In this document: positions 48,801 through 64,000 of the stretch, piece after piece | How the letters are laid out: each line of letters opens with the position of its first letter | How positions within the stretch are numbered: the first letter of the stretch is position 1 | DNA from: Guillardia theta CCMP2712 | Lineage: Eukaryota; Protista; Cryptophyta | Assembly (NCBI RefSeq): GCF_000315625.1 | Contig: NW_005434460.1 | Coordinates: 1-64,000, forward strand | Length of the DNA stretch: 64,000 nt | Direction of reading: 5' to 3' | Program-made: the position numbers and the translations under genes | The notes under the pieces: generated by a model | Seen by the model: the letters and a program-made list of their open reading frames with translations, nothing else | The model's database searches: none | What the model was told of the DNA's origin: nothing

Positions 48801-49958
48801 GCCTACATCTACTCCTCCCCCACTGTCGCTGACCTCGACGCGGACGGCAAGCTGGAGATCATTCTGGGAACGAGCCTGGGCTTCGTGTACGTGATCGAGC
48901 ATGACGGAAGGGTGAAGGACAACTTCCCGGTGACCATGGCGGAGATTCAAGGGCAAGTGGCGGTGGCGGACGTCAACGACGACGGTCAGCTTGAGATTAT
49001 CGCAACGGACACGCGACACAACGTAGCCGTGTTCAACTCCAAGGGGAAGGAGGTCTGGGAGACTCACATCTCCGGCTTCTCCACGCAGGGCCCGGTGGTC
49101 GGGGACGTGAACGGCGACGGGCTGGTGGATATCGTCCTCGCCACCACAAGCGGTCACATCTGGGCCCTCCAGGGCAGCAGTGGTAGGACGCTGGAGAACT
49201 TCCCGGTGAAGACCGGAGGGCCGATCATGTCGCTTCCCCTCCTGCTGCAGATGAAGGGAGGGAAGGGGCGGGCGGGGCTGCCGGTCCGCCACATCATTGT
49301 GCCCTCGCATGACGGCTTCTTGTACATCGTCAATGGAGCGACTGGCTGCTCGTTTAAGGTGGACGTGGGTGAAAACTCCTACTCCATGGTGCTGGCCGAT
49401 GACATCACTGGCAACGGGAAGATGGACCTCCTGGTCACGACCATGAACGGCAACGTGATCTGCCTCGGGACAGACGTGGACTATCATCCGATGAAGGCCT
49501 GGACCTCCAAGGAGCAGGGGAACAACAACGTGGAGCTGCGGGACGGACGGCAAGGGATCTTCATCCTCGACAGATTCCGCCACTTCCACGACCACAACGG
49601 GCCGAGCATGACCTTTGGGTTCGAGATCGTGGACAAGCGACCGGTGAAGGGGCTGGGAGCGAGTGGAGGAGAGTATCACGTGCGGATATCGCTGGGAGGG
49701 AGCACGAAGCTGTTCGAGAAAACGTACACGCATCCTGGCAGGTACCTGGAGGAGATCCCCTGCCCCGATCGCCGGCAGTTCACCTCGGTGTTCGTGGAGA
49801 TGACCAACGAGTACGGGCAGCACTTCGAGGATCGCGTGTCCATGAGCTTCAACATGCACTTCTACCGCGCTCTCAAGTGGCTCCTCATGGTTCCCTTCAC
49901 GCTCATGAGCCTGGGGATCGTCTTCATCAAGGAGGTCAACACCGTCCTGCCCGTGTAG
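45862..49958 (+). CDS. DEX1-like FG-GAP-repeat membrane protein with inserted EF-hands and a SAM-like segment; multi-exon
   Basis: [86 protein letters not shown]; C-terminal TM. These match plant DEFECTIVE IN EXINE FORMATION 1 hallmarks as recalled. Start uncertain. Confidence 0.85.
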
Positions 49959-50411
49959 CTGCCTTGCTCACCAGCACCTCTGCACAAGCACGCTACCTCC
50001 CTTCCCCCTCTCCCTCTCTTGTATTTTGTGCTCTTGTGATCGATGTACTTAGCTCGGTAAACCGCGAAAACCTCCCTGTGGCGATGCTCAGACGTTTGAC
50101 GAGATAGATGACGAGGAGATGGCAGAGACTAGGGGAAGGGGAGGGCAGGACAGGTGAGACGCAGGAAACGATAAGCGAACAGGAGCAGGAACAGAAGCGG
50201 GTAGGAGCAGAGGAACGAGGAGGGCAGAGGGGTTCACTTGAAACTCAATGTTTCACATCGTCATCGCACATCGTCCTTTATCTCTGTTGCGAGTCCGTCG
50301 AGTCTCCGACGTCCCCGTCTGCCTCTCGCTGCGCAGGACGCAAGAATGTAAAAATGCTCACCGGCGATCTTGATCAAAACTCCGTGACAGCTCTGATGTT
50401 CCCCTAGTCCA

Positions 50412-52058
50412 TTACTTCTCCTCCGCCTCCATTTCCCGAGGAACAATCCCTTGCAGCGCCTCCTCCAACACGATCGCCCAGTGGGTCCAGTGGGTCCCCC
50501 CCTGGCAGTAGGCGACGTACGGGTCCCTCAGAGGTCCGTCCGCGCTCAGCTCCAGCGTGCTTCCGTCGATGAAGGTTCCGTCGGCAAACACGACCTCGTC
50601 CCCGTAGCCCACCTGCCATCACCTCGTCAGCTCTACCCCAGCACCCTCTTGGCTCCCTACCGTCGTTCCAGGCTCGGGCACGATGTAGGAACCCACGGGG
50701 CTGTTTCTCTGCACAGCACGGCAGAAGGCGAGCAAGTTCTCGCGGTTGAGAAGCTTGAGGGCGCAGATGATGTCAGTCTTTGGGGTTCCGATGCGAGGGT
50801 TGGTTTCATATCCCAGCTGATTCATCACGTCTGCCAGCAAGTTCGCTCCTTTGATCGCCTCTCCGACCACCATGGGAGCGTTGAAGAGCCCCTGGTAGAG
50901 AAGGCGTGTCTGACCTGCATGCCCGTCAGCTTCCTCCCCTCCCCTCAATCTTCACCAACCCAAAGTCGCCCCCCCGTCCACTCCAGGAGCGCTCAGCCTG
51001 TGTCGCGCCGCCTTGACGTAGACGGCTTTGCCGATGACGTAGCCCCCAGAAGGTGCGAAGGTGCCACCCGGGTTCTTGATGAGAGAACCAGCCACCAGGT
51101 CTGCTCCCACGTGCGTGGGCTCGATGCCTTCGACGAACTCGCCGTAGCAGTTGTCGACGAAGACGACGACGTCAGGTCTCCTCTCTTTGATCCACGCAAT
51201 CACCTTGCCGATCTTCTCCACAGGGATGGAGGGCCGCCATTGGTACCCGCAGGATCGTTGGATGTGGATGAGTCGCACGTTAGGATGGAGCTGAAGAGCC
51301 TCGTCGATCGCAGGCAAATCGAAGTCGCCGTCCTCCGTCAGATCCACTTGAGCATACGAGACGCCGAAGTCATGCAAGCTGCCCGTCATGCCATGCGGCA
51401 CAAGCTCCGGGTCCTCCTTGCGAGACCCTATCACCTCCTCGAGAGTGTCGTATGGCCTGCCGCTGATAGCGAGCATGACGTCGCCCGGGCGGAGAACGGC
51501 GAAGAGAGCGCAGGAGATGGCATGGGTGCCAGAGAAGCATTGGACTCGTACGAGAGCTTTCTCAGCACCGAACAGCTTTGCATAGATCTCGTCCAGCGTG
51601 TCTCGCCCGATGTCGCCATGCCCATACCCGTCGGTGCCTGCGAACAAGTGGGGGCCGACGCGAGCTTCACGGTACGCGTCCAAGATCCTCTTGATATTCT
51701 GCTGCGTCCTCTCGTCTATCTTGCGGAACTCTTGTTCCAACCTCAGCCTTGACTGCTTGACGATCTCCTTCGCCTCTGCTGCTGTAAACTTCTCTCCTTT
51801 CGGCTTCATCGCTGCATCGCCGGATTTCTCAGCCATCTTAATTCGAGCATACTCGAGCCAGAACTCTTTGGAGGTTTCAACGTCACTCTGAGGTGGATGT
51901 GACGTCATTGCAAAGTATCCACGTCTCTTGGTAGCCCCAAGGTAGTTTCGCTGTCTTGCCTTGTGCGACTGGCCTCCATTCTGGAGGGGTAGCTGAAGAA
52001 AAGCCCCTGTTTGCCCGAGGATGAAGCAGAACAAGAATCCGCGTATTAGAGCCTTCAT
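50412..52058 (-). CDS. Plastid-targeted PLP enzyme of the YnbB/'aluminium resistance' (methionine gamma-lyase-like) family
   Basis: Signal peptide ending TGA-F. GTDGYGHGDIGRDTLD, FSGTHAI, IQRSCGY, FVDNCYGEFVE, GSLIKNPGG (PLP Lys), FADGTFIDGSTLELSADGPLR. Confidence 0.9.
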
Positions 52059-52466
52059 CTTCCTGCAGAAAGAGCGTCAGATACAAAGATATGACTTTGA
52101 TCTCCTCTTGTCCACTATCTTGACACAGCGGAAGCACAACACTGGGTGCGATTGAGTTTTGAGAGGATTTCATGCGATGAACATGTTCGCGCTGGTTCTT
52201 TTTCTCTTCATGCAAACAGACATGGGAACAAAGACGAGCATGAAAACTTGTTCGGCTATCCCTACATGGCTCTTCTAGCCTTCTGATCCTACCTAGCCTC
52301 CTCCTCCTCCTCCTCCTTCACCTCCCTTGCTTGGTTCCCCTCCTTTCGGGGGCCGAGTGATCTCCAAGGAAAAAAACTTATACATGTGTTTTTAAAGCGA
52401 TGGCATCGAAAGTTTGATGTTGAACAGCATGTGACACGGAAGAAGAGAGGGCAAGATCCTTTACAT

Positions 52467-52558
52467 ACTATAAGCACATGCTGTTGAAAACTATAAGCAC
52501 ATGCTGTTGAATTCAATAAGCACATGCTGTTGAAAACTATAAGCACATGCTGTTGAAA
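52467..52558. repeat. 23-bp minisatellite (CTATAAGCACATGCTGTTGAAAA), 4 copies
   Basis: Directly visible, with a partial inverted copy near 52423. Confidence 0.9.
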
Positions 52559-52730
52559 GTACTTCAGAGATGGTTTGGGTGTAGGATTCGAGAAAACCAT
52601 TCTTTGTGTATCTTTTTCCTAATGGAATCTAATGGCTGAATAAGACATTGCATGTGCAAGGGGAAAAACTCTGAGATGTGGAATAATTCGTACAGTAGCA
52701 AAAAGGGGGCAAGAGAAGAAGGTGATCAGT

Positions 52731-55068
52731 TCAGTCCAGCAGACGTTGGCGGCACTCAGGTCCTTGTGCTTGTGTTGTCCTCGTTGAATCATCAAAATCC
52801 GCTCCACTCGCATTCTGGTAGAGAGAAAAAGTTTTCTTAATGACAGAGAAGATTCACAACCTCGGGTGCATACCTGCTCTAGATCGTCCTTGTCGAGACA
52901 GTCGTTCTCTTCAGCCGCACTCGCATCATGGTGATCAGATTCCTCGCGTTGAAATGGGCCTTCCCACATCTCCTTCAGCTCTCCTCGTGACCTTGCAGGA
53001 ATCGTTATTTCGATGAGGTTCAACGGCGTAGTCACCAGCTCAGAAGCAAGAAGGGCCAGAGCGTGCACGGCACGAGGTAAAGCAGTGCCGGCTGTCCCAT
53101 ATGCATGACCAACGATGCCAGGATAGCAAACATCAGTCCGACGGCATAGCCGAAGCTAATGTACAAGAAATATCCTCCAAGAGCACTAATGCATGGTGAG
53201 AATGAATAAACAAAGATATCAAAACAACCTTTTCTGCTTCAGGTTATCCACACGAAGGGCGAAGGAAACAAGAAGCCCTGGAAGAACGACGTCTCCCAGT
53301 CCTAGTAAGGTCACTCCACCCGCCCAGTCCTGAGCTCACTTGCATGAGAAATTCAAATAATCTCTCGCTAATCTTGCATACCAGAACTTTAGGAACCACC
53401 AGCAACATTGGAATCATTTCCGGAGGAGAGTCATGGTCTGTTCCATTGGTCCAGTCATGCCCTTGCCCGGTTGCAACGCCTAGTCAAGGGACGTTCAACT
53501 TTCGTGGTCAATCGCAGGTTTACACACCTATCATCACATTCTCGGAAAAAAGGAGCGGGCTGATGAAGACCCAGAAGATGTCGTATAGAACGGCAAGAGA
53601 TAGTAAAACTGTACAAACCTGAAGACAAGCTAAGTGGCAGACAGAAATGCTCGAATTGTGAAACCTTGATATCATTGAATCGCACGATGCTGATGATATG
53701 TAAGCAGAGACTCGCTGACATGATATCTTGCAGGATCCAAACCCATGAAGATTGATGTCGATTGACAAACCAAAAAACTGGAATGCGGCGTTTAATTGGA
53801 GCTGAATGAATAGTTCGATGGCAAAGATCTCACCTGCAATTGCTATACAAAGCGGAAGGGTCACAAGGATTGACACGCTTGTTCTACCAAGTCGCCAGAG
53901 ATGAACCTATTTGATCCCTCAGATCTCATAGAGATGATCGATAGCAACGCAATGGAATGAGTTCATATCATTCCTTTGCGACTATACCTTCTTCGCACAT
54001 GACTGAAATGCCCTCTCTAGGAGTGGAGTTGCCACTGAGACAAAAGCAGAGATCGACGCAAAGCAGTACAAGACCACCAAGATCAAGATCAGGTCTCGGA
54101 TGAAGAAAACAAAAACACAAGAACCCCTGTATTCGTCGGAAAACAATCTCAGCAAGATCTCAACTAAACAAGACAAGAGCACCTGATGAAACAACGATGA
54201 ACCCTAACGCATGACCCATGTTCAGTTCTTGGAATGGGAGGTTCTTGTCGAAACCCTCGACTTCCCCTCGTTCGCCTACTACATTTCCTGCAGCAGTATT
54301 TCGCTCTGTGTATGCACTCAGGTACGAGGCTATCACCACGATTGAGACGCCCATCGCCCATATAATCACTGATGCTGGATCGATCGACGGGTGCTTACGA
54401 GCATACACTTTCATCCGCAAAGTGCGAGCATCATGTGCAGCAATGATAAGCTTGAGCGCTTGATAATCTTTGGAGCTGATCATGATGCTTGGAATACTCA
54501 TGTTGTTGCACAGAGAATCGTATTCTTGAGGGCAGCCCATCGGAAAAAGAGCATTCTCAAGGTCACTCTCATCATTCCCTACGATCAGTGCAGAGGCGTT
54601 GGCTCTCCATGCATTGATGGTCTTGTTGAAGAAGTTGCATTCCCCTCTCTGTGCTACAACGATTGCTCCCCCAACATCTTCAATGCTGTTGCATAGTTTG
54701 GAGTTGGACCCTGTGCGAAACGAAACACTCAGTTCTACATGCAATTCAAGTCCTCACTTACCCTCAGCGTCGGACAAAAACAAAACCCTGTTGAAGATAG
54801 CTGTAACATCGTCTGGAGGGCAAGCTCCGAATAAAGCAATCTTCCCTTGTATCAAAATGCTTGCATTGTTCTCTTGAGTTTCGTTGGGCAGCTTGTCGAC
54901 TACCTCCACTATGGTATCAGGTGTTGCTGCATCTGCAATTTGAACTAGAGGCCAATCGCAACCATTCACCCCAGGAAGGCATAGAGTCAAAACAACAAAC
55001 ACTACAGAGTAAAAGAAAATCTTGGGATCCCGCTCTCTTCTCCGTTTGGAGAAAAGGGATTTAACCAT
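52731..55068 (-). CDS. Signal peptide peptidase-like (SPPL2-type) intramembrane aspartyl protease with PA domain; multi-exon
   Basis: PA domain [24 protein letters not shown], catalytic LYDIFWVF and LGLGDVV, and [10 protein letters not shown]. Confidence 0.92.
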
Positions 55069-55500
55069 GTCACAGGAAGTTTGTCGCGGATATTCAAGCT
55101 ACGTAGAATTAGAATCTGTGGATGGGGGAAGAGGGAGGTTGGGGCAGAAGGTAGGAGGGAGCGGATGGGGGAGAGAGCGGAGGAGCGAGAGGTAGGATGC
55201 AGGGATATGGGGGAAGCAACGACTGGAGTCAAGGGGAATTCAGGAGCCAGCCATAGAGCCCTCTGCTCCTCCACTGCTCTCTATTCCAGGGGGTGATGGT
55301 ACTCCCACTACCCCCTTTTGACTCTCAAATTCAGTACAACAATACCTAGGTGGGTACACTATTTTAACTTTGGGTGGGGGGTCAGAAAAGTGGGGTAATG
55401 CCTCTAAAAATGATATTTTAAATACTCCCCTGTCAACTAATAGATAAACGGAATCATGTGTATCCCTGAGGATACTTTCCTCGTAGAAGACCAATTAAAA

Positions 55501-55521
55501 CTTTACTCAAAGTTAAGTTAA
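55501..55521 (+). promoter_or_regulatory. Conserved intergenic motif, copy 5 (CTTTACTCAAAGTTAAGTTAA)
   Basis: Exact match between the divergent SPPL and HELQ starts. Confidence 0.6.
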
Positions 55522-55780
55522 AAAATACCAATTTCGAGTAGTAAAGATAACACGGCAGTGCGCGACTCGATCCGGGCGGGCCGTCGGTAGTTTTGATTGA
55601 AGGCGTGTTTACACGCAAGGGAGGACAAGGAGCAAGAGCAGGAGGAACAGGAGGAGGAGCAGGAGGAGCAGGAGGAGCAGGAGGAGCAGGAGGAGCAGGA
55701 GTGGTAAATGAGCCATGTAAGAGTCATGTAGATGCCATTTGGCCCTGGACTTGAGGCGTATCTCGACAAGATGAGTTGCC

Positions 55781-59861
<4,081 letters not shown>

Positions 59862-60046
59862 TGCGTTTGGATGCACAACATCAGGCTGGCCTCCTTTGGG
59901 CTCGAAATGGACAATGAAAGCAAGAATTTACAAGAGAAAGCGTAGGTCGACATCAGATCACTCTCGGACAAAAGTCGTCGACCTGAAATCGTTTCAAACC
60001 AACAGAAAGATAGCAGGTGAACAGATGATGACACGTCTAAACGTCC

Positions 60047-63007
60047 TCACCGTACAGAGCGCGTCCTCCGCCCGAAGTATACAGTAAGATCTGCAGGGAC
60101 CTGAACTTCCTTTTTCCAAGTCAGCAGAGAAAAGGATTCACTCCGCCTACTTGAGGACGAAGTGCTCTTCAATAGCTTGGGGCTCTTATTGCTCATCAAC
60201 GATCCTGGATCGAACATGTTGGGTGCAGGCTTGTCCAATGGTGTGATCTATGACCAGGGTATCAAAGACTGGGGACGCAAAAGTCAGGCACCTTCATGAT
60301 CAGATTCGCTATCATCCTCCTGTCTCTCTCTGTTTCGACATCCTGCCTTCCTGTCAGGGAGCTCTGACTGTAAGGCATCTTACCATTAGTAGCTGATGTA
60401 GAATGCTGTGGGGATCGCGAATTTCAATGCCCAGGAGGTCCATGGCTTCCAGCTTGCTGATCAGCATCTGGATGTGGTTGAGAAGCGTATGTAGGAGTGC
60501 TTGTGTTGACACCTCGACTCTCAACAGTCCAGGTCCTGAAAGCTGAAGAAAGAGGTTGGCAGCTTCTATCGCACCCTACTGCAAGTTATTCTGCGAGAAG
60601 GTTCAGCAGCAAGGTATATACCTGATAGTCGTGAATGTGAAACAGACAGAGGAAGAGGCCTGAAAGAGTTTCTTGAAGGATAGCTGAGATTCTTGCGAGG
60701 CATTCTTTCAGTGCGTTTACTCTTCTGCTCTCCTTCACCCTTACCGATCTCGGATGCCATCGGGGGCAAAGGGCGAGCAAGCCAGCAGCTTGTCGACACG
60801 CATGCTGTTTGATGTCAGCGAGACACGACTAGAAGCGGATTGTTTCCTGACCCTATCGAAACAACAATCTCGTATTCTTTCGCTGCCAACATGGATTTCT
60901 TCGCGGGGACTGTCAAATGCGAATATGTATGAGAAGAGCCGGACCTTGGATGCTCGGAGTCGATTTCCTTTGTCCTGATGCGCCTCCATTTCTTGTACCT
61001 GTTTTCGTGTCATATCCACCTCGTTTCCAAACGGACCGGACCTCGCGAATCATAAGATAGCTTGCTCTTTCTTGCAAATACCTTCTGTGATCTTGTGAGA
61101 TTACATGTAGCATACTACATGTAGCAAACTACTCACTCGCTAGCTTCCGATCTTGCTTCAGATGATTTCTGCACTTTGCTCTCCCGGTCTGAGCACACCA
61201 AAACAGCGAGGGTTGATCCTCCGCAGCAAACGTTTATTGCGAATAAGCTCTGTTCTTCCTGCATCGCTGGCTCAGAAATGATTGCAAGATTTCCTCTCAC
61301 CTTGTCTTTGAGCTGCAATCTCCTCGGCCTAAGCACAGGGCCCAGAGGTTCGTCGCTCCTCTCTCTCGTCAACAGATTGCAGTCTCCCGCCTTACAAACA
61401 TTCTCAAGGCTATGAGCCAATCATCGCCTCATTACCCATCCCCACACATAGAGCTCTCCTTCGTTTGTCAAAGCTGCTGTATGGAAAGAGCCGCATGCTG
61501 CCTTGGTGATGTTCTTATGCTTGAGATCCTTGCATGAAGTGAGAAAGGCACCAATGAGCCTCCATACCTTAACAGCAGCAGGAACATACAGGTCTGCCAT
61601 CATCCCGCTACCCAGTTGGCCTTCACCTCCCTGACCTCTGCGTCATTTGTGTGCTCTTTTCCTCACAGTAGGTTTTCAACCCCAACCCCCTTCCTGCTTT
61701 CAACCTCCTTATTCTTTCATCCCCTCCCTATCTTCACCTTCCCCCACGTGTACAACTTCCCCTTCTCTCCAACGGCAGCTGAGTGGAAAAGACCAGCAGA
61801 GATCGCTGCGATCGAGTCCTCTACAGGAAGCAGATCAGAGGACTGAAGGAGTCATCTACACCTCCTACCAATATTGACTCTTGTTGGCTGATTACAGACT
61901 CGAAAAGGCTCAGGGAAGAGAAGAGAATCATCTTCTACGAAGTCTGGGTAGTTCTTTCTTGCATTTCCTGCCCCCAGACAGCCATATCCATTCAGTCCCC
62001 TGCCATGATTCGTCACGCAAGCAGGAAGAACGCATGCGTTGCACCATGAGAACACGATCCCTTGCGAGCTGAGAGCTATCGAGTGCTTGTCACCCGCAGC
62101 CACAGACGCGATGAGGGTAGACCTCAGCAGGTCAACCTTGACGAACCTTCAGCTCTTGTGCCTCTGTGAAGTCTCACCTGATGAGGAAGCTTTAATGATT
62201 CTTGTCCGACGTCACCAAGTCCTAGCTGGCCGAATTTATGACAACCCCTGAGACAAGCGCTGTCGGCTTGACAAGCATCACTTCAACTTTACCATCCCCA
62301 TAGGCCTCCATTCTCGTCCACAGCTAGACTATGCGATGAGCCGCAAGCGACTTCAACGATTCTCACTCCTCTTAAATGTCCTTCAACAACTTTCAGTGAT
62401 CAGCTACCCGACCAGGTCACAAGAACCGAGCAAGCAAGGTTGATGATGGGAGATTGGCACTCCCAGCCCAAGCCTTCCGCTCTTGCCAAGGCCCCAAGCG
62501 AACGTCACTCCCTGCAATCTAGAGTTACTGAAGCAGTTGGAGGAGAAGTCAGAGGAGCTAGACCTTGGAAGTAACCGCAAGCGTGTGACTGCGCCCTGAT
62601 GCAAGCGAGATGAATGTGTCGTCTACAACATCATTTTCAAGGTGGGGAAACAAGCACGGAGATGCGTTACCCTCACAAGTCGTCGAGACCTTGCGGGGTT
62701 GACGACTTGACCTTGTGTCTCCTGTTCCAAGCTACAAGGCGTCAGTATCAAATTCGCTTTTTTTCAAAGCTCATGTTTACCTGTCCATGAACATTTTCGC
62801 CCCATGCATAAAGGGCAGGTCGGGAATCTTTATCGAGCAATGTGCATACAACATGACTTTGTATGACATCAGGTCTGAGATATACAGCAAACCAACATCT
62901 TACCGCCAGCCACATGATATAAGGGTTCTCGGTTGCCTTTCAGAGATCTCGAGAACTTCATGTTTTCCTAACCAGCCATTGCTCCATACCAGTATTTCCA
63001 TATCCAT
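60047..63007 (-). CDS. RCC1-repeat protein with a C-terminal extension; many introns, 3' end uncertain
   Basis: LYAWGENVHGQ, TFAWGLGKSGRLGLG, AAGDKHSIAL..VFSW, SAGLFHSAAV..LYTWG, ACGSFHTAALTNEGELYVWG. Confidence 0.82.
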
Positions 63008-63198
63008 CAACACCTTTCACCTTCTTCCAGCTTTTCATAAGAGATTTTTCTCATGCTTCTTAACCTATCTTCTTTTCTGCCCCTTTGCCTGTCGCAGGTC
63101 GAGCTCAACGTTATCTGAATTATCATCATGTACAACATGTTGAGGCTACATGCCCCGTTGCGGCTTGTAGAATCCATTCCATCCCCAACATTTTCTGA

Positions 63199-63406
63199 GT
63201 CGGGTTTAGGGTTTGTCGGGTTTAGGGTTTGTCGGGTTTAGGGTTTGTCGGGTTTAGGGTTTGACGGGTTTAGGGTTTGTCGGGTTTAGGGTTTGTCGGG
63301 TTTAGGGTTTGACGGGTTTAGGGTTTAGGGTTTAGGGTTTAGGGTTTAGGGTTTAGGGTTTAGGGTTTAGGGTTTAGGGTTTAGGGTTTAGGGTTTAGGG
63401 TTTAGG
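63199..63406 (+). repeat. Internal telomere-like array: eight 16-bp GWCGGGTTTAGGGTTT units grading into about 13 TTTAGGG units
   Basis: Directly visible. Non-telomeric sequence resumes at 63407. Confidence 0.96.
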
Positions 63407-63482
63407 CACTGAAGTATATCAGAGGAGGGAGCAGAGCAGAAGCACGGCTGCCATAAGGGCCAGCCAAGTCGGGCCGAACTGC

Positions 63483-63684
63483 CAGGTTCCTTATTTCCTG
63501 GCAGGTTCCTTATTTCCTAGGAGGTTCCTTATTTCCTGGCATGCAGGTTCCTTATTTCCTGGCATGCAGGTTCCTTATTTCCTGGCATGCAGGTTCCTTA
63601 TTTCCTGGCATGCAGGTTCCTTATTTCCTGGCATGCAGGTTCCTTATTTCCTGGCATGCAGTTTCCTTATTTCCTGGCATGCAG
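63483..63684. repeat. Minisatellite CAGGTTCCTTATTTCCTGG(CATG): two 19-bp and seven 23-bp units
   Basis: Head-to-tail with no spacers. Confidence 0.95.
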
Positions 63685-64000
63685 ATTTGCGGTACCCCTG
63701 CGCTGGTGGAGTAAGAGCCGCCAGGAACGACGGAAGCTTGGGAAACCATTGAGAATGCTCCGAAGCATGTGGCCAATATCTATTGTGAACCCTGACGAGA
63801 TCGTGCAGTACCGTACCTCCAGCTACCTCAAGAGGCAGACGGAAACTGGAACGATGCCGTCACCAGCTGAGCTTGTGCGACGACTGGATGACTTCGCAAG
63901 GCAGAATCCCAAAAGCAGGACGAGCAAAGCTCTGAAAGCCAAAGAGATATCCTTGGAAGCCTTAGCCGAAGCCATCAGTCACACATGCAGCTTTGCTGAA
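63685..64000 (+). CDS. Open frame running off the window edge, product unknown
   Basis: About 105 stop-free codons (FAVPLRWWSKSRQERRK..LEALAEAISHTCSFAE) after a CAG. No recognisable domain. Confidence 0.3.

Noticed and set aside
48387-49859. Long antisense ORFs (also 50451..51752, 39466..40242, 9026..9820, 11881..12501)
   Set aside because: Shadows of GC-rich codon usage on the true coding strand, with no recognisable motifs.
52467-52558. CRISPR-like or iteron array
   Set aside because: Spacer-less 23-bp minisatellite.
63483-63684. CRISPR-like array
   Set aside because: Units are contiguous with no unique spacers, there are no cas genes, and the context is eukaryotic.

Overview
This is eukaryotic nuclear DNA, not a prokaryotic accessory region. 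It is gene-dense, with short GT-AG introns, microsatellite and polypurine tracts, two N-gaps and TTTAGGG repeats. Several proteins carry bipartite 'signal peptide + Phe' plastid-targeting presequences. Together these point to an alga with a red-derived complex plastid, most likely a cryptophyte such as Guillardia (inference). Recognisable genes, left to right: a plastid J-domain protein, a membrane protein with a RelA/SpoT-like domain, a PGAP4-like glycosyltransferase, a large low-complexity protein, a PDZ/Sfi1-repeat protein, a collagen + C-type lectin protein, TAF10, a 2x cNMP-binding/Cdc14 fusion, a saccharopine dehydrogenase-like enzyme, a GT17 GlcNAc-transferase, a CCCH/RRM/methyltransferase-like protein, a secreted Trp-repeat protein, a DEX1-like protein, a YnbB-type PLP enzyme, an SPPL protease, HELQ and an RCC1-repeat protein. 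An internal telomere-like array follows these. The strongest candidates for something undescribed are: (1) a receptor-like membrane RelA/SpoT-type nucleotidyltransferase; (2) a cyclic-nucleotide-sensing Cdc14 phosphatase; (3) a collectin/scavenger-receptor-like lectin with an EPN motif in a probable alga; (4) a recurring composite intergenic element built around a near-invariant 17-mer, CTTTACTCAAAGTTAAG. All gene models were spliced by eye, so boundaries are approximate, and all family calls come from motif recognition, not database searches.
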